Below are positions 25,044 through 37,736 of a DNA stretch of 64,000 nucleotides, piece after piece. Under the pieces are notes generated by a model. It was given only the letters and a program-made list of their open reading frames with translations. It searched no databases and was not told the origin of the DNA. Positions within the stretch are counted from its first letter, which is position 1; each line of letters begins with the position of its first letter. Made by a program: the position numbers and the translations under genes. Source of the stretch: Tubulanus polymorphus (lineage: Eukaryota > Animalia > Nemertea); contig NC_134027.1 of NCBI RefSeq assembly GCF_964204645.1, positions 9,146,485 to 9,210,484 on the forward strand. The letters are read 5' to 3'.

Positions 25044-26533
25044 CGCCACGCAATCTATCAATTCTATCTCGAGGAACTTCATACCTGAAATGATTTCAGC
25101 ACTGATAAATCATTGCCGTTTGTGAAATTCGATCACCAATAACACGTGTTTATCAACAAAACCAGTTATCAATCTATCCGTATTAAATCAATTTTTTGAC
25201 ATTTTTATTTAACCACAAATCTAATCACGTTCATCCACATGTTCAAATTAGTTTGGTTAATTTGAAATATACTGTATACGGTACCTTAAGCTTTCACTGT
25301 ATAGTCTAATAGTATTTGCTGCGTGATACAGATGCTCTGTACTCTTTGAAGCTAGAACTGAATAAGATAACTACGGCTTATATCTGTATTAGAAATTTTC
25401 AATACCTTTTGATATAAGACGGTAGTTAACAAATCTTCAAGTAGTTAGCCCGTGTTTACAGCTTATGAGAACATAGTTTCCCGAGTGACGTATACAAACA
25501 AGATAATTAGAAGTTCCGGCAGGTCAAGTGCATGTTTTCTGAATAATCGTCGTCATAGTAAACAATTCTAGATAACAGTTATATCACCGTCTCGGCGAGA
25601 ACTCTCATAAGTAAAAAACAGATGTTTTCTAGAAAAAGAATCATTGAACAGTCACATATATACGTTACGTAGATTTTTTGTTCTTCATCGTGGCGCCCGG
25701 TGCACGGAACGTTCGTTTTTTTACGAACGAACAAAATGAGAAGAAATGCAGGGATGGATTTTCTATGCATAGCTGAATTTAACACTCTTAATGAAAGCTA
25801 CTTAAAATATTCCGAATGGTTATTGAGAATTCTGTTTGTCATAACGCTCAGGTGATACCTTATACCTCCGTCTTCCCCGGGTGAGGCCCCAGCAACCGTG
25901 CTCGGCGTACCGGTTTCGTCAGGGGAAATTGGGGGCTGACTTTTGCATCTTCTGATTTACATGGGAATGTTCCCTGGAAGAACCCATGGGCATGGAGATC
26001 ACATAAAACGCACATATTCATATATTCTAAAAAGCACAGACAAAAATTACGTGCAATAGATTACAAACATTTGGCATTCTAAGCTAAAAACCCAGTGGCT
26101 TTCTCGGGATGAGTATAACAGGCAATCGCGGCGTTACAGTTTATTCTTCTGCATTCTTATCGTATCGTATCGTATCCATTTGGTACTCTGGTCTCTTAGA
26201 CCTTGACCTCTCCTAGCGTAAATAAAAATCACTTGCCGCGTAATAGAAAGTAACGTTCGCTAAAAAAAATCATATTGCAATAATGTATGAACAATAAACA
26301 AAAGTAACAGTTGCGAGTGAATCGTTTCGCAGAAGACGTTTGACAGTTCGTTACACAATTAATCTAATTTAAAGAATGTCATGCTTTTGAATTAGAATAC
26401 TTAAGATCAAAACTGGTTTTTACACAGTTCTGTTGACGTTAAGAAACTATTTATGTATTCAATTTGGTATGCAGAACCACCTAGTTATGTATATGGTAAG
26501 GGGCGTGTGACGTGACGATACTGGCCTATTTCT

Positions 26534-26539
26534 TATAAG
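26534..26539 (+). promoter_or_regulatory. Putative TATA box of dispanin copy 1
   Basis: TATAAG ~40 bp upstream of the ATG. The paralogous promoter has TATAAA at 33533-33538 and shares GGGCGTGTGAC and TCAGTTGACTGCTGAACGTAGATA blocks. Confidence 0.5.
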
Positions 26540-26576
26540 CACCAAGAGAATCAGTTGACTGCTGAACGTAGATATC

Positions 26577-27158
26577 ATGGCTCAACCAGGTTAGTCTTTT
26601 AAGAAACTCTGAAATCTTCATTTACTTCCCAGTTTGAAAAAGTTAGCATTGTAATGAATCCGATAATCCCTATGTAAAATATTCCACCATATTTCATTGT
26701 ATATCTCTGTATTTCATTTAGCTAAAGGGGAAGCGTATGTAGTGGGTCAACCGCCAGCTCAGTACCCGGGTCAACCACCAGCTCAGTACCCGGGTCAACC
26801 ATACCCACAACAACCTCAGGGCACATATTATGGGCATCCAGCAGGACAGGGGATAACCACAGTCATCGTTGGGCAAGGTCCGTTGCAAAATCCGCCTCCC
26901 GATCATCTTGTCTGGTCGATCATGATGATTATCTGTTGTTGTTGGCCGCTGGCTATTCCGGCAACGATCAAATCTTGCGATGTCAGAGACGCCGTCGCCG
27001 CGGGAGATCTACCGAGAGCGCAGACCGCGTCGAAGAGCTCGAGATGCTGGAATATCGCAGCATTGGTCGCCGGGATATGTGCCCATCTGATTTGGATCAT
27101 CTACGTCATCGTAATCTACACTGTGTATGCGCATACACTATATAACAGGGCCGGATAA
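26577..27158 (+). CDS. CD225/dispanin-family membrane protein (PRRT1/IFITM-like), intact copy 1
   Basis: Exon 1 is 26577-26589 (MAQP) and exon 2 is 26722-27158. Pro/Gln/Tyr-rich N-terminus (GQPPAQYP repeats), then PPPDHLVWSIMMIICCCWPLAIPA..S..GDL..A..AS..S..WN plus a C-terminal TM helix, the CD225 signature. Confidence 0.92.
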
Positions 27159-28285
27159 GCTACAATATATTCGAATTGAAAACATTTCAAAAAAGGAATC
27201 TGGGACTAATCTCCTCTCGAACTGTAATCGTCTAAATTATGTCATATTGCCACCAGAAAGGTTTGGGCAAACATTGCCCAGAAGAGTGGGATAAGCTGCA
27301 ATTCGAATTAAAAATTAAAAAAAGAGATGCCAGGAACTAATCCGTCTCTCGAACTGTAATTGTCTTAATTATTTCCTATTGTCACCAGAGAAAATGATTT
27401 AAACGTGGACCTTAATCTATGAAATTGGAAATCTTTTCATATTTGAAATATGGAAATTTATAATTTCCACTAATATTCAGTGTACTTGATATTACAGCGT
27501 TTCAATGGACTAACAAATTATATCGCGCGAGCTTCGTCATTTCTTTAATGCGTATAATATGCAGAATGTTATTAACATAAAATACAAAACCAAAACCACT
27601 AACTTGCAAGTTATTTGACGCCTTGAAAAATAAAATTGCTGACGTAGTGCACATTTCCCCACACTATACACCTTATTATAATGCAGAGTAGTTCACTATG
27701 TATTATCTGAAAACATATTGGAAGTGTGTGACATCGAAATTAACTAAAATTACGAAAGACTTAAATCTTCCTTGAAAAGACAAATACAAAATGTTTATGT
27801 TCTATCACACTTCATCTATTATAGTCTATGTCTTATGTTGTCTCTATGTAGACCAATATTATATTTCAGTCGGCTCCATACGGCCCATTAATAACTGAAT
27901 CTAATTTCGAAATTTCAACCCACGACTTTGAATCTGACCTCGAAAACTGGATCACAACGGCTCATTATGAAAAATGGATCAAGTATTATATTCATGTATA
28001 AATATAGTTTAAAGAAATAGATTTGTTATTACATGTGACATTTATCTTATCTTTTATTACATTAAAAATGGTGACTCGTCACAGAAACGAATTATTGAGT
28101 CGGAGGAGACCAAAACTTCGATCTATCGCTGGCTCTATGTGTCCATGCGTGAGCCTAAAGACAAGCGAACCTAGGGGATCGTGAAATACTTTTGTGAAAG
28201 TTTGAAAAAGTTAGCATTGTACTGAATCCGATAATCACTACAATGTTCCATCCCATTCCATTGAACATCTCTGTATTTCACTTAG

Positions 28286-28650
28286 GTAAAGGGGAAAACT
28301 GTCAATCGCCACAACAATCCCAGGGCGCATATCATGGGCCTGCAGGAGAAGAGGGGACAGCCACAGTCATCGTTGGGCCAGGTCCGTTGGAAAATCCGCC
28401 TCCCGACTAGTTTATCTGGTCGGTATTGATGCTTATCTTTACTTTTTCGCCTTTGGCTATTAAGGCAATGCTCAAATCCCTCGATGTCAGACACGCCGTA
28501 GCCAAGGGAGATCTACGAAAAGCGGAGGTCGCGTCGAAGAGCGCGAATGCTTGAATATCGCCGCATTGGTCAACAGGGTATGTATCCATCTGATTTTGAT
28601 CACTGTACTCATCGTAATGTACGTTGTGTTTGCATCCACTGGATTAGATA
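28286..28650 (+). pseudogene. Dispanin copy 2, pseudogene
   Basis: Aligns to the intron and exon 2 of copy 1. In-frame TAG after NPPPD (~28408), frameshift near AGCGCGAATGCTTGA, CCC motif lost, no exon 1 or promoter upstream. Confidence 0.85.
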
Positions 28651-29686
28651 AATTGGGAACTTCATCTGGCTCCACAGGATCAGATGCAATGTCAAAATGG
28701 AATAGTCCATATAGTGTCTAAAAAGGAATTGGATCGCCTTCAATCATTCCAGCCTTCGCACTCTAGCGACAAAGCCGTCGCAACAACGACGCAATAACGA
28801 CGTGTCTATTTCATATTGTCACCACACCAGAAAAATGATTTAAACCCTGTGCTCAATGTATGAAATTGGAAATCTTATCAAATTTGAAATAAGGAATTTG
28901 TTATTATTCATCTTCAGATTTTAATGACGCCTTGAAAAATAACATCGATGACGCATAGACTCACACAGTACACGTGTCATCAATGTATGTTTAAAAGCGT
29001 ATTGGAAGGGTGTGAATTCGAAATGAAATACAAAATGGGCATGTTTTATCGGATTTTATTATGTATTATATTGTATGTTTTACATGTATGTCTCTATTTA
29101 GATATATATTATATTCCAGTAAAGTCGGCTCTGTACGCCTCAATCAATATCTGAATCTATTTTTCAAATTTCAACCAAAGCCTGTGAATCGGGCTCTTAA
29201 AGCAGGATCACAATGACTCATTACGAATAATGTACAAGGCATTATGTTCATGTATGTATAAATATAGTTTTGATACGCATTAAAAATTGATTTTCCTAAT
29301 GCGTGTTCCTTTTCTGTAAAGCCAGTTTCACTCTATTTCCAAAAGCGTTCTGTGCGTGGTGATTTTCTGTTCTATTAGATCACAGAAAAATAAAATCAGA
29401 AAGATAATTTTCAACAAAAAGGCACACCAGAATCTAATCTTTATTGCCTGGAAACATACATCTCGATGCACTTTGCATTTCTAGGAAGCACTTTGCATCA
29501 GTATACTTCATTTATTGCTTGGACATTACTCACCAAAAGCAGAACATTTTCAAGATTTTCGGGACGGGCCCCTTTTGACGTGGATCAGGCCCATTTTTTA
29601 AAGATGTGCTTCCCTCAACAGTGGTCTCTGGATCTTTCCTGGATCCCAGACCTTTACCCGATTTTTTTGCAAAAATTGCACGGGAA

Positions 29687-31955
29687 TTAATCGCACTCGG
29701 CATTATCGACAAAGAATTGAATATGCTCGTTTTTCGTAAGTAATTTAGGTTGTTTGAATTGTATTGCGCTCGTCAGCGGATTCGACGATAGCACCAACTG
29801 TCGAAATCTCGAAAACGTTCCATCCTTTACCGAATACACCGACATCGGCTGTAAAATTCCTTGATGACGTTTGGCCCGATAGTTTTCTTGGGCCTCCATC
29901 AAACCTTCGTCAAACTGTGAAAAGATTAGACATTTTCTTAGATGCACTCTCAACTAAACCTTTTATTTCTTTTTTTATTTCGTCGTATATGAAACTGACC
30001 TTGGTTCTTGCGTGTCGAGACAATTCAACCGTATTCCCGTCCTTCGTTTTCAGTTCGACGAAGATAACTTCGTAAAGCCCTTGATTTACCCCATCCCTAG
30101 TGACTAAAAGAACAATGGAAATCACGACAGAAATAAACAGGAAATTAAATACGTTTCGATATTCGGGGCTTCAGAGGGTTTTTATAATTACTTACTTTTC
30201 GTTACCTCCTCAAACAATGGACCTTCGACGGATGTGTACTCTACAATGGACACGTTTAATGAATCCGCAGCGATGTTCAAACCTTCTGCTAGGGCGGTTT
30301 CGGTCAGTTTTTCATTAGCCACATTTAGAATCTGACCAGATCTGTTAAAAACTAGTGTTAGGTATTATTCGAACAATCTATACACACCAACTAAACTCAT
30401 CGACCGATGTAACCTCCGAAATGAAACATTTCCATCACAGAACGATTCTGAACAATGTTAATACCGCTTTTCCTCTGATGCTTACCTGTAGGAAAGATCG
30501 ATTAGTGGCAAGTCGTTATAGTATCCAACTACTTTGATGACGTCACCGCATCTATAGCGGTAAACTCCCCTGTTATTGGTTACAACAACCTCGTACTCTT
30601 CGTCTAATCTCAACTGTCGCATACCAAAATAGATACATGTTAATCATAGAGGTCAAGCCTTTTAGATAACGATATGAAATTTTCAGCAGTTGATATGCGC
30701 TTTATACCTGGTGGATTCGTTTCGTCGGAGGATGGTCGCTGCGCACTTCATCGATCGCGATGAATTCAAAGAAAACCTCGTCGACAATCGGTGTGTAGTT
30801 GCCTTCGGTTTCATCGTTAACGAATGTCAGACACGCCGCGCTGCTTTCCGTACTACCATACGCGTACGAGACCACTGGGATTTGGCCGAAATATCTCTTT
30901 TTCAACAATTCTGCGCTGTTTTTGAAAGACCCCGACGTCAAGAGGGCAATGCAGCCGGCGTTCGGCCAAATACGTGGCATGATGTCCTTAAAGCCACATT
31001 CGAATTCTTTCCTCAGTTCATCTGCGCGATGCGGGTCAGGTTTCAGCAGTGCGTTCAGTTCAGTTTTTATCGCTACCGATAGGGGGAGGGCAGACCACGC
31101 CTGGCCTATTTCTATATCTGTACATAGTTGTTTCCATTTTGCCTCGAGTAGTTGCATGAACATCATCGTTGTTCCGACGAATGTAAATATGAAAGCTTCC
31201 GTATTACGTTTTCCTAATACGAGAAGTGCGTGCACGTAGAGAACAGTTTCTTCGCCTGCCAGGGACGCCGCTTTGTTGATCTCATACGGAACGTAACCAT
31301 TTGATTCGCGGCCAGAAGAAATCGGTCCTATTCTAAGTCCTTGCGGTGACGTTTTGAACGTAGGATTAATTCGAATACCGAATGGTCGTTTTAGATGAGT
31401 AAAAGCCGGAAACATATGTTGGGCCCGATAGAGAGTCATGGCAACATCCAAAACGAAGCCTTTAATGTGTAAATTGGAAATCGGGAATAATTTGTTATTT
31501 CCAGTCGTTCCTGATGTCGCAGCATAATACACAACCTCTCCTTTGAAAGTGACGTCTTTCAGATCCCCGGTCTCAAACGTGTAATCGATGTAAGGCTTGT
31601 AATCTTTATAGTTTGTTAACGGCTGAGTCTTGAAAAAATCATCAACTGAATTCATCTCTTTAAACCCGTGATCTATACCGTACTTCGTGTCTCTTGTATT
31701 TGCGATAAGTTTCATAAGTAGACGATTTTGCGTATTTTCGACATCTTTGGATGACCTATTCAAAGACCTGTAGCGCCACCAACCGGTGATTGGGATGATT
31801 ATTCCAATCACGAAGTAGAAGCCTACGATGAACTGCAAGGACTCTGAGTCGCACGGTCGTCTTCGAGCTATATCGAAACACACAAAACTGAACGCGACGC
31901 TTCCTCCGAGTAGTATTACTGAAATATTCAATATTAAAAGACAGACTGAATACAT
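29687..31955 (-). CDS. GHDC: GH3 domain-containing protein (acyl-adenylate-forming GH3 family), 5 exons
   Basis: Exon 30708-31955 carries P..Y.DY..YI, TSGTTG..K..P, YGSTE and FFEFI. Exon ~30486-30613 carries YEVVVTN..GVYRYRCGDVIKVVG. Further exons ~30192-30341, ~29999-30096 and 29687-29914 (QFKQPKLL). Hydrophobic N-terminus. Confidence 0.88.
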
Positions 31956-32644
31956 AGAATAGCTTATACTGATGAAGCAAATTCCGAGACAGAAGTATGT
32001 CCATCTTGGTTTTTATTGCCCCCGTCTTATTCTAAAGAACTCTATGCCCACAATCAGACGATAAAACCCAAAAAAAGCTCTTACCAGAAACAAAAGATGA
32101 ACTGTTGATTGCTAGTGTCCATGCATTCCAAACCGTTAAGATGATACCAACAGTTCCAAGCATCACGAACAGCTTAACCCAAGCCATGATGAATTTCGCG
32201 ATACAATGCTATGATTGAAGGTCCGGTCAATTCTTTACGAAGATATTCTGTGAAACCGATTTTCGTTAAACAACAGTTTATATGCGAAATATATAACTCT
32301 ACTGGAATGAGGTCATCAACGACAATAGCGATATAACGAAAATGACACTTTTTACGATATCTCGACCAAATGTACATATATACAACCACTCCGTTCATAT
32401 CTATAGATAAAGCGAAAACACGAATCTATGTAGAGTATAGGAGTTATTTCTTGACGAAATCGGCTGCTTCCTTGGAATTGGCATCATCGTCTTATGATTG
32501 TTTTAAAAGATCGAATGATTTCCAAATCTTAAACTACGTATAGCTATTGCACATTATGCGCTCCTTAATTATTCAAGCTGAGACGAGTAAGAAACGAGCG
32601 AGTATGACATCTTTATGTGGATAAAATTGAATATATTACATTAT

Positions 32645-32765
32645 CACCATACCGCCACCACGACGATGACCACGACGACGACCACAACGACGACCACCAC
32701 GATGACCACCACCACGACCACCTCCGCCACCACCACCACTGCCGCCGCCGACACCACAACCACCA
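32645..32765. repeat. (ACC/ACG)n trinucleotide microsatellite
   Basis: Imperfect ACC/ACG/ACA run, which produces the spurious poly-Thr ORF 32615-32809. Confidence 0.9.
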
Positions 32766-33289
32766 GATTAAAGGTTTACTACCCTAAGCAAATTCTCAAA
32801 AGTCAATAGCAGGTCGTTTCGAATTTGGTTATTGAACATGCATACATTACGTGCATTTTTGTTCTTCATAGGCGGATGGAGTTGCATTCTTCAACGCTCT
32901 TACAGAAAGGAAAAATAAATCTGATTAGCATTCGAACCTCGGAATCACCATACGTCTTAAGCTACATTCAGCTTTCACTAAAAAATTCATTTTGCATTAA
33001 TGTATATGACCAATGACCAATGACTAAAAATTTTGAGTTCATCATATCGTAGAAGAATGCATCGATGCATACTAGTGTCGAGTCTGTTACACACTTAGAC
33101 CTACACGCGAGCTACCTAAAAACCAGTTATATTATTATGAGCTTAAGTTAACACATAAGGGGAAGTACCTTCTTTGACGCGGCAATGTGTCTTCCTGCAA
33201 ATATCGAATTGAAAATGACGTTCTTTTGAGATTCAACCTGAAAATTTAAAAGCATAATTTATTCGTATGCACCTAGCTATAAATTTGAG

Positions 33290-33496
<207 letters not shown>

Positions 33497-33575
33497 ATAT
33501 AATTCGGGCGTGTGACATAACTATTACTCGTCTATAAACACCGAGAAAGTCAGTTGACTGCTGAACGTAGATACC

Positions 33576-34130
33576 ATGGCGCAACCAGGTTAGTTTTTGT
33601 TTTCCAAATTGTGAAATTTTTTATTCATTTTCAAGTTTGAAAAAGTGAGCTGTGTAGTGAATCCGATAATCCCTACAATATTCCATCAAATTTCATTGCA
33701 GACCGCTGCATTTCATTTAGCTTAAGGGCAGGTGTATGTAGTGGGTCAACCGCCAATTCAGTGCCCGGGCCAACCGTATCCACAACAACATCCGTGTGCA
33801 TATTATGGACCTGCAGGAGGAGAGGGAACAGCCACAGTCGTCGTTGGGCAAGGTCCGTTACAAAATCCGGCTCCCGACCATCTTTGCTGGTCGATCATGA
33901 TGATTATCTGTTGATGTTGGCCGCTGGCTATTCCGGCAACGATCAATTCGTGTAATGTCAAACACACCGTCGCCGCGGGAGATCTACCGAGAGCGCAGGC
34001 CGCTTCAAAGAGCTCGAAATACTGGAATGTCGCGGCATTGGTCTTTGGCTTATGTATCCATCTGGGTTGGATGGCTTACGCCATTCTACTCATTTCCATG
34101 TATCAGCGTTCGTTCATGGCCGAATATTAA
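33576..34130 (+). pseudogene. Dispanin copy 3, full-length but with two in-frame stops
   Basis: Exon 1 is 33576-33588 and exon 2 starts at 33721. AAA>TAA at 33723-33725 and TGT>TGA at 33912-33914 (C-C-C-W becomes C-*-C-W). The rest is in frame to ..YQRSFMAEY*. Confidence 0.8.
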
Positions 34131-34654
34131 TGCTACAATCCGTATTTCTGAGGATTTCTAAGCAATCTGGGACTATAACCAGAAAAGTTATTTAAACCAT
34201 GACCCTAATTTCTGAATTTGGAAATCTTCGCATATTTGAAATATGGAATTTGTTAATATTTCAACTTATATGCAGTGTACTTGATATTACAGTGTTTTAA
34301 TGGACAAACAAATCATATCGCGCGAGCATATGTAGAATGTTAACATGGAATGCTAAAATAAAAAGCTAACTTGAAAATTATTGACTCTTTGAAAAAAAAA
34401 CATTGATGACGTAGTGCACATAGACTAACACAGCACCTTAGATAACGCATATTAGTTTACAATTATATCTAAAAACATTATTGTAACGGTTTTTACTGCA
34501 TCAAAAAGTTAGAATGATAATATCTTTATGATATACATATGTGACATCGAAATTAACTAAAATTACAAGACTTGAATCGTAATTACATGATAACAATATA
34601 ATCACATAAGACACTACATAATAGGGGATTTCTTTTAATCATATTTTATCTTCC

Positions 34655-35300
34655 ATTTAAGTTTCAAGTTTCAAGTTAAGTTAATTGTTCCAAAAAAGAT
34701 TTTTCCGAGCATAACAAAATAATATCGATAGATAACGAAGCTGGCAAATTTATACATAACGATAGCCATAGCTTTAACAACCGGGTAGCAGTCGATAGAT
34801 ATTCTGATTCTGATAGATTGTATCAGATTGTAAGTTTTCATTTTTAAGCAATTGATTAAATCTAATATGATTTGCACCAATTTAATATCTGTTAGATATT
34901 TACAAATTCCTAATATCGTTGAAAATTTACACCCAAGGATAGAATGGTATTCGCCACCGATAGATTCAGGTTGCAATTACAAACTCGTTCGTTCCGTGTT
35001 TTGTTTTCATATCTACTCGTCTCTATAGTTGGAACATCTAAATCTACTGAGTGAGATTCTTTGGCTTCGCGATCATGATTCGGGATATTTTTCCTCTCTC
35101 CGATCAGTTTTGAATATTCTATACGTATCTAACTTAAAGGACGATACCGTCGATCCATGTCAAGTTTGAATTCTTAAGTTTTACGAGTTCCCCGTGATGG
35201 AAACTATATTCGGAAAAGTTTGTTCCAATCATACATTACCAAGACCAATTCTGTAACATTGATTTGATACTAGAGATCCGTTCAATATGTGAACTATTCA
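34655..35300 (-). mobile_element. Degenerate 3' fragment of a non-LTR retrotransposon with C-terminal CCHC region
   Basis: Broken-frame translation YRIFKT..EKY..RFRCSN..IETSRYENKTRNERVC..IGGEYHSILGCKF, with an (AACTTGA)n-like tail at ~34657-34680. Absent from the paralogous 3' regions of dispanin copies 1 and 2. Confidence 0.7.
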
Positions 35301-36344
35301 AATGACTAAAGAATGCGGCACATTCTACCAGAATATGTCTCTTCATTATTCTGCATGTTTTACGTTGTCTCATTGTAGACCTATTATATTCCAATCAAGT
35401 CGGCTCCATACGCTTCATGATTATCCGAATCTTATTCTAACATTTCAACCCATGACTGTGAATCTGACTCCATAATGACGCATTATGAATAATGTATCAG
35501 GTATTATATTCATGTATACACATGTTTTTTACGCATAAAATCAAAAATTCATGAAGTTCTAATAAAATTGAATATATCTAATAGATATTTCTTAATGCTT
35601 GCCTTGTATCTTTTGTTTTAAAGCCAGTTTTACTCTTTTCCCGAAAGCGCTCTGTGTATATATTTGCGGTGGGTTTCTGTTTCATTTAGATCACAGAAAA
35701 AAATGGCGAGCGTCACAGAAAAAAATGCGAGTCGGGACGACCGGTACTTTAACTTTGATTTTCCGCTGGTTGTATGTGTCCATGCCTGAGGCTGTGACAT
35801 GCGGGATTATTCTTAGGTTAGCCATTTCGTATTTTCCTTGTTTTATAAAGTTCTCGTGCCTCGAATATAATACACCCTGCTCTGAGAAAAACTAGGGGTC
35901 CGAGGGCACCATGCCCAGTTAACGATATACTTTAAAATCTGACAAATTCAACACTACTCTCACAACTGTGGAACTAGTCCTGTGTTGATTGCGAAAACCA
36001 AAGTTTGCCCTGTCATTGTGGAATTCAATCGGTGCTACCAGCTATTCATTCACGAGGTGGCGGACTAGTAAAGCAAAACACGAATTTATGCAGAGTATGG
36101 GAGTTTTTTTTTACAAATCGTTAACTTTGATGTGGGGTATTACCGTCTTGCCTAAAACCCAGGTCACTCTTTATACAGTCCATGGCGAGTTTTCATTATG
36201 CGCTCCTTAAATAATCAAGATAAGACCAGTTAAAAACCAGAGTATGATATTTTATTTCAACAAAATTGAATTTATATTACATTATTATTACGTATCACCA
36301 TCAACATCATATCAATCGAGATGATACACAATATCCGTGTAAGA

Positions 36345-36495
36345 TGAGTATACGAGAGAAATGCCATAATAAATCAGTACGCCTGATGATGGCTAATAGT
36401 CTTTAACCGAAACGTTGCTCAAATAGATACTATTCTTCTATTGAACTTTTCATCTTTGGCTGAATTAATGTCGGATTTCTCTCGTATATCGTCAT
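36345..36495 (+). mobile_element. Penelope-like element terminal remnant with a minimal hammerhead-ribozyme-type core
   Basis: CTGATGA-TGGCTAA(tagtct)TTAACC-GAAACGTT at 36383-36416, enclosed by the inverted repeat TATACGAGAGAAAT/ATTTCTCTCGTATA. Confidence 0.6.
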
Positions 36496-36653
36496 ATTGT
36501 TCATGAACATCGTATACCTTTCTTCATTACAAACGTATTCCTTCTTTTCTTTATTCACCGGGCATCAGTGGGCTGCTTATAATCGTTCCTAAACAACCAT
36601 ATAAATGAAGTAAACGAATCTTTAACTAATATTGAACTGTGATCTATTTCATC

Positions 36654-37031
36654 CAGGGCCGTACCTAGCACGTAAACGTTGGGGGGGGGGGGTATAGCAG
36701 AGCAACGGGAAGGGCATCACCTAACATCTACATAACGACTCTTCTCATTGGCCGTAATGATTAATTTGTGGTTAGGTTCATGACAAAAATGTATTAATTT
36801 TCAATTGGATGATAACAATATTTTTACAAATCTCGTTCCAATATGGTTTTGTTATAACGGTTTATGGTTGTATTTTGTTGAAATGCCCAATGCACAGCGT
36901 TTCGGTGAGTTTGAAATAAACTGGTTGTTTGGGGTAGATCGATAAGAACGATTTTAAAATGGCCATTGGCACTGCCTTTTTTCGGGTTTCCGTAGGAAAC
37001 TGCCCCTGTCGTAAGCAAAGTACGGCCCTTG
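36654..37031. mobile_element. MITE-like element, CAGGGCCGTACCTAGC family, copy 3 (longer)
   Basis: CAGGGCCGTACCTAGCA followed by a poly-G run, as in copy 1; ends TACGGCCCTTG. Confidence 0.65.
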
Positions 37032-37736
37032 AATCAACCTGGTGATTACGCGAGCACGATTAAATGCGCAGGACTGCCGTGAACCAGCCACTTGCAGGAC
37101 TGGCTGAAAATCGTGGGTTTCATCGTTCTATATACAATATTCGGTATAACTAATGGCGTAACGTTTTTGATTACAATAGTTTATGATTTGAGCTTCGTCG
37201 TGCGATGCTAACGAATGCATGATGGTCATAAAACAATATGAGGATTTTTGTAATGTTTGTGCATTACTCAAGATACAAACTTCGAGTCCCATCCAGACAG
37301 TGTTATCACCTATTCACGATAAATCGAAATCCTAATCAGGAGATAACTAAAACATAACCAGCCGTCTGGCAGGGGTATTTACTCCAGGGCCTGGTCTAGA
37401 AAAGCTTTGCATCTTCTTTCTGGTCGAAGATGTCGCGAATATAAACAATAATAGCGACTAAACAAATAATCTAGTTATAAAACCAGGCCCGGGATACATC
37501 GGTCGTGATCTCGATATATCATGGTAATCGAATACGTGAATACGTGAAGTACTACTGCTTACCAGGGTATTTATTAAAGATGAAGTCGATATCATGGATA
37601 TTATATACAAAAGAACTGTATCAAAATATGAGCCCTTATTAACCCTTTTACCGCGATTTCCGAGACACGTTTCATTGATATGAATCAACGAGTTCCAATA
37701 GAATAAAGCTCCTAAATATCAAATATTCGATCGATG

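Noticed and set aside
30690-31239. Plus-strand ORFs (130 and 146 aa) overlapping the GH3 gene
   Set aside because: Antisense shadows of a long coding exon with no independent features.
29687-31955. Horizontal transfer of a plant or bacterial GH3 auxin-conjugating gene
   Set aside because: Animals have a native GHDC family, and this gene has spliceosomal introns and host-like composition. Only a phylogeny could revive the idea.
32615-32809. Poly-Thr mucin-like ORF
   Set aside because: Trinucleotide microsatellite located where the paralogous unit (~36290) has none; no splice context or signal peptide.
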